In this document: one piece after another, positions 27,781 through 32,000 of the stretch | Position numbering within the stretch: the first letter of the stretch is position 1 | Layout of the letters: every line of letters starts with the position of its first letter | Translations under genes and position numbers: made by a program | Notes under the pieces: generated by a model | The model's database searches: none | What the model was told of the DNA's origin: nothing | The model's input: the letters and a program-made list of their open reading frames with translations, nothing else | Assembly: GCF_052908275.1 (NCBI RefSeq) | Contig: NZ_CM128603.1 | Strand: one strand, 5' to 3' | DNA: 32,000 bases

Positions 27781-29327
27781 CAGGCTTCCTCCCCTTTGCA
27801 GATAAATTCACGCGCCAGCAATCCGGTATTGGTGCTGCTGCTCGCCAGAATCACTCCGGCATCAAGCAGCATCTGGCTTTGTTGTTCTAACGATGGCGTA
27901 TCAAGATCGGTACCCAGCACATAGGCGAGAATGATCAACTCGCGTCCTTCGGCAGCGGCGATCGCTTTCGCTTCTTTGATCGTCTCGATGGTGGAGCCGA
28001 CCGGATCTTCATGCGATCCAAATCCGAGCACAAAATCCATCACGATCACCGCCACTTCTGGATCGCGCGCCTCTTCGATCAAGCGACTGATGCGGTTGGT
28101 GGGGTCAATCATCGGGTGCGGCTTGCCGTTGGTGAAGTCGTCATCGCCAAAGTCGAGGAAGGTGTGTTTGATGCTGCGGTTGATATCTTTCAGGCGGAAT
28201 TCCGGATCGGGCTGAATGTTGCTGTAGACATCGCCATGTTTTTCCATCACCGCGAACATGGTTTCGTCGCACAGCGTGCCGCCGCAGAACAGGCCACGAA
28301 TGTATTTCTGCTGCGGTTGCAGACGCGCACGCACATCCGCAATCAACGGCTGGTTAAGCGTATGCAGGTCGAGATTTTCCTGTTTCACGCCGGAGAGCAT
28401 CACCGCTTTTAGCGCTGCCTCTTTGGTGCCGCGGGCAAACTGTAGCCCCTGCTCATCCACTGGCGTTTCGCCACGATCGAGGAAGCAGACGACCACCGGC
28501 TTGCGGCAGGCGCGCGCACGTTCCAGCACTTTGCGGGCCACCGCAGGCGCAGGCGGTTTGGAGATAAGCGCAATGATTTCAGTTTGCGGATCGTTTTCCA
28601 GCATCCCGATGGCGTCGAGCATCATCAGGCCGCCGATTTTCTCGCTCAGGTCGCGCCCGCCGGTGCCAATCAGTTGCGAAACGCCGCCGCCAAATTCATG
28701 AATGCGGACGCTCAACTCCTGACTGCCGGTGCCGGATGCGCCAACAATACCGATGTTGCCGCGACGCACGGCGTTACCAAAACAGAGCGCCGCGCCGTTG
28801 ATAATCGCCGTGCCACAGTCTGGCCCCATCATCAGCAGCCCTTTTTCGTGGGCCAGTTGCTTGAGCGCCAGTTCATCTTCAACTGAGACGTTATCGGAAA
28901 ACAGCATCACGTTGAGATCGTTTTGCAGCGCCTGACGCGCTTCGCGAGCGGCAAACAGACCGTTGACCGAAATCACCGCCAGGTTACTTTCCGGGATATG
29001 CTTTTTGGCGCTGCCAATAGTGGCGTAACGCGCCTCGTGCGAGCCGCTTTGCGCTTTGGTGTTGAACAGTTCTTCAATCTCCACCAGCAACTGCTCGTTG
29101 TCCGCACCCGATTTACCATTGATGACAATCATCAGGTCGCCGTTTTTCGCCTGCTCCAGCTCCGGCGTCAGCAGTCCTAAATTCTTCAGCACGCCTTTAT
29201 TCATTTCGGTCGCCATCGCCACAAATGCCTGCTCGACGCCGTCGAGTTTATTTGCACGCGTGGAGATAGACATCAGCGAGACAGAATCAAAATAGGTATT
29301 CGGTTTAATGACTATTTTAACTGACAT
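27780..29327 (-). CDS. yahF: FdrA-like acyl-CoA synthetase / succinyl-CoA ligase alpha-like protein
   Basis: A 515-aa ORF recognised as YahF. It shows CoA-ligase-like Gly-rich segments (GIVGASGTG, GTGGRD). Confidence 0.9.
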   Translation of the reverse strand: MSVKIVIKPNTYFDSVSLMSISTRANKLDGVEQAFVAMATEMNKGVLKNLGLLTPELEQAKNGDLMIVINGKSGADNEQLLVEIEELFNTKAQSGSHEARYATIGSAKKHIPESNLAVISVNGLFAAREARQALQNDLNVMLFSDNVSVEDELALKQLAHEKGLLMMGPDCGTAIINGAALCFGNAVRRGNIGIVGASGTGSQELSVRIHEFGGGVSQLIGTGGRDLSEKIGGLMMLDAIGMLENDPQTEIIALISKPPAPAVARKVLERARACRKPVVVCFLDRGETPVDEQGLQFARGTKEAALKAVMLSGVKQENLDLHTLNQPLIADVRARLQPQQKYIRGLFCGGTLCDETMFAVMEKHGDVYSNIQPDPEFRLKDINRSIKHTFLDFGDDDFTNGKPHPMIDPTNRISRLIEEARDPEVAVIVMDFVLGFGSHEDPVGSTIETIKEAKAIAAAEGRELIILAYVLGTDLDTPSLEQQSQMLLDAGVILASSSTNTGLLAREFICKGEEA

Positions 29328-30180
29328 AATTCCCTCCGTAGGTTTGGCTCAGCGCACAACCATCGGCCATGCCATACAGCATGTCGCAGCCGGAACTGGA
29401 GCCAATATGTTTAATTTTTTCTATTGCCTGAGTTGCGTTCCCAGGGATGTCATAAATAATGTTGTGAATAAAACGATGAATATTTTCCCGGCAGCGTTGT
29501 TGTAATGCGGCTTCCAGCGTTATGGCACTTAATAATGTGGTATTATTTTTGCCGCGTTGCAGACCGAGATAAAATTCCTCTTTGTATTTTTCCGCCGGAT
29601 GCCCGGGAATAAATAAAATAAGCGCCAGACCTGTTAAATAATCGTCGGCTGATGGCGTAAGGCCAATCCCTAACCCCATCATACTGGCGACCGCTGAGGC
29701 GATATTTTGTTTATCGTTTACGACCTGAATAACTGCCCGTCGTTTAATATGTAATTCTTTATTTAACGCCTGATAAAACGGATTATCGCCGCGATAATTA
29801 AACAGGGTTTCATTTTCCCCCAGGTGCTGATGAATAATGTCGTGCCACTGTAGCCAGGCGATAAGGTGAAAATTCACAGCGGTCATTTGCAAGGTTGGGG
29901 ACAGCCAACGCCGACAACGACTCATCTCTATATGAAGATGTTGACCAACCGTAATACCTTGATCGTCAAACTGAACCTTATCACCATGCCGGAACAGATC
30001 ATCAAAGTGAGTGAGTGCCAACCGACAACTGTTTGGCGCATTGTCGTACTCTTCACAAAGCAGCGTCAGCAACTGCTGGCGAGCCGGGAGTGCGATATTT
30101 ACCGCTCTGGCAAAGACCTGTTCAACCTGTCCTTGCCCCCGCTGCGCCAGAAAATCCGCATCCGCAGTTAGCGCCCACAC
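29317..30180 (-). CDS. yahE: DUF2877-family protein (YlbF paralogue)
   Basis: A 287-aa ORF with a GTG start, recognised as YahE. It overlaps the yahF start by 11 nt. Confidence 0.88.
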   Translation of the reverse strand: MWALTADADFLAQRGQGQVEQVFARAVNIALPARQQLLTLLCEEYDNAPNSCRLALTHFDDLFRHGDKVQFDDQGITVGQHLHIEMSRCRRWLSPTLQMTAVNFHLIAWLQWHDIIHQHLGENETLFNYRGDNPFYQALNKELHIKRRAVIQVVNDKQNIASAVASMMGLGIGLTPSADDYLTGLALILFIPGHPAEKYKEEFYLGLQRGKNNTTLLSAITLEAALQQRCRENIHRFIHNIIYDIPGNATQAIEKIKHIGSSSGCDMLYGMADGCALSQTYGGNYVS

Positions 30181-30219
30181 ACACCGTCTTTCTGGTGTGT
30201 TGATAGCAAGCCTCCCGGT

Positions 30220-30825
30220 TTATGCACCTGCGGCAATCAGTAACTGCGCAATCTCTTCAAAGCCCCGTTCCCGCGCCAGTTCCAGTGGCGTTTTGCCATA
30301 TTTATCGGTCAGATGCGGGCTGGCACCGTGTTCCAGCAATAACTGCACAATCGCCTGCTGTTTAATACCACCATCATTAAGCACAATCGCTTCCAGTAGC
30401 GGCGTCCAGCCTACATGGTTGGTCTGGTTAACGTTAATCTCCGTATGCGCCAAAAGCTCTTTTACAATACTTAAATGGCCTTTTTCACAGGCAGGCGTCA
30501 GGCCGACACCGCCAAAACGGGTTACGCAATTAAGATCGGGTTTAGCCGGTAAAATAATTCGTAGTAGCGTTAAATCATCGTTCAGACAGCTAATTAAAAA
30601 AGGATTTAAACAGGTATGATCTTGCTTATTAATATCCGCTCCGGCATCAATTAATGCCTGAACGCAAGCATATTGCTGATATAAACTTGCCAGCGTAATT
30701 GCCGTTTTCCCCTGACGATCGCAGGTATTAATATCGACACCCAGCGCAAGGCAGGTTTTTACTTTATCGATATCACCCTGTTGTGCAGCCAATAAATAGT
30801 CGGCAGGTAGATTTTTTATACTCAT
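30220..30825 (-). CDS. yahD: ankyrin-repeat protein
   Basis: A 201-aa ORF with repeated G-x-TPL..A...G..........GA motifs (GKTAITLA, GWTPLLEA, GKTPLELA), recognised as YahD. Confidence 0.9.
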   Translation of the reverse strand: MSIKNLPADYLLAAQQGDIDKVKTCLALGVDINTCDRQGKTAITLASLYQQYACVQALIDAGADINKQDHTCLNPFLISCLNDDLTLLRIILPAKPDLNCVTRFGGVGLTPACEKGHLSIVKELLAHTEINVNQTNHVGWTPLLEAIVLNDGGIKQQAIVQLLLEHGASPHLTDKYGKTPLELARERGFEEIAQLLIAAGA

Positions 30826-31082
30826 TCACATTCCCCTGGTTTTTGTGGCTGTTTTCGATGAATTGAGAATAGCAACGATAATCTGATAAAAGAACCCGCT
30901 TAAATTTAATTCGCCGTATCTCGCCTTTTTGTTGAATAATATTCAACAATCTTTTCGCAGTGTGCGGTAGTGCAATATTTGTTTCTTTGACCCGATACCC
31001 TTTCACTCAATCAGGTTTTATTTCTCTATAGTCTGCACATGTAAGAGTAGCTTTCGTCCATGTCTAACCAGAGGGGAACAAG

Positions 31083-31580
31083 ATGAACGGACTCACGGCA
31101 ACGGGTGTCACCGTCGGTATTTGTGCAGGGCTTTGGCAGTTAGTGTCTTCACATGTCGGGCTCTCTCAAGGATGGGAATTATTAGGAACCATTGGCTTCG
31201 TCGCCTTTTGCAGTTTTTATGCCGCAGGCGGCGGTAAATCGGGGTTTATCAGAAGTCTGGCGGTTAATTATTCCGGGATGGTGTGGGCGTTTTTCGCCGC
31301 GCTGACTGCTGGTTGGCTGGCCTCTGTAAGTGGACTGTCCGCGTTCTGGGCGAGCGTAATTACTACCGTACCCTTCTCGGCGGTAGTGGTCTGGCAAGGG
31401 CGTTTCTGGTTACTGTCCTTTATTCCCGGTGGCTTTCTCGGCATGACGCTGTTTTTTGCCAGCGGGATGAACTGGACGGTGACGTTACTGGGTTTTCTGG
31501 CGGGTAACTGCGTGGGGGTAATTTCAGAATATGGTGGACAAAAATTAAGCGAAGCGACGACTAAACGCGACGGGTATTAA
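31083..31580 (+). CDS. yahC: inner-membrane protein (DUF1097)
   Basis: A 165-aa ORF with 4-5 TM segments, recognised as YahC. Confidence 0.88.
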   Translation: MNGLTATGVTVGICAGLWQLVSSHVGLSQGWELLGTIGFVAFCSFYAAGGGKSGFIRSLAVNYSGMVWAFFAALTAGWLASVSGLSAFWASVITTVPFSAVVVWQGRFWLLSFIPGGFLGMTLFFASGMNWTVTLLGFLAGNCVGVISEYGGQKLSEATTKRDGY

Positions 31581-31671
31581 AAGTTATTCAAAAATGATTA
31601 TCTATCTTTAACCGATACCTCTACAGTCATAGCTGGAGAAATTCATAGTAGATAATGGCGAGAATGGTTTA

Positions 31672-32000
31672 ATGAACTCAATTTTTACCGAAGAGAATCT
31701 GTTGGCATTTACTACCGCTGCGCGTTTTGGCAGCTTCAGTAAAGCCGCAGAAGAGTTGGGTTTAACCACTTCCGCCATTAGCTACACCATTAAGCGTATG
31801 GAGACGGGGCTGGATGTGGTGCTGTTCACTCGCAGTACCCGCAGCATTGAGTTAACGGAGTCCGGGCGTTATTTTTTCCGCAAAGCTACCGACCTGCTGA
31901 ATGATTTTTATGCCATCAAACGCAGTATCGATACTATTTCGCAGGGCATAGAAGCGCGTGTGCGCATTTGTATTAATCAGCTGCTTTATACGCCCAAACA
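31672..32000 (+). CDS. yahB: LysR-family transcriptional regulator, N-terminal part (runs off window)
   Basis: The ATG at 31672 opens a reading frame to the window end. The sequence MNSIFTEENLLAFTTAARFGSFSKAAEELGLTTSAISYTIKRME is a typical LysR HTH. Confidence 0.85.
   Translation, partial: MNSIFTEENLLAFTTAARFGSFSKAAEELGLTTSAISYTIKRMETGLDVVLFTRSTRSIELTESGRYFFRKATDLLNDFYAIKRSIDTISQGIEARVRICINQLLYTPK

Overview
This window is an Escherichia coli chromosomal segment. It is colinear, in reverse orientation, with the K-12 region codA'-codB / prpEDCB-prpR / yahO-yahN-yahM-yahL-yahK ... yahJ-yahI-yahG-yahF-yahE-yahD / yahC / yahB' (gene order recalled from memory). Three REP/BIME arrays are present. 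The backbone is interrupted between yahK and yahJ by an insertion of roughly 9.8 kb, with all genes on the + strand, that reads as a complete filamentous (inovirus, Ff-like gene order) prophage. In order it carries: an IS110-family DEDD recombinase whose stop lies 2 nt before the start of a rolling-circle Rep with a YxxKYxxK motif; an ssDNA-binding-like ORF; a small membrane ORF; a major coat protein followed by a strong terminator; two unannotated mini-ORFs; a pIII-like adsorption protein with a Gly-Thr/Ser repeat linker; a pVI-like protein; a pI/Zot ATPase; a pIV-type secretin; a structured intergenic region with a perfect 21-bp-arm GC hairpin and TTGATG repeats; and an AT-rich cargo gene for a single-HKD PLD-family nuclease-like protein. 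The most interesting hypothesis is that this inovirus integrates with an IS110-type recombinase, possibly guided by a bridge RNA, rather than by XerCD/dif. The exact prophage ends and any guide RNA cannot be fixed from the sequence alone. Other observations are a degenerate tRNA-like relic overlapping the yahM start, and the yahEFG-yahI-yahJ cluster, which is paralogous to the fdrA-ylbE-ylbF-ybcF genes.
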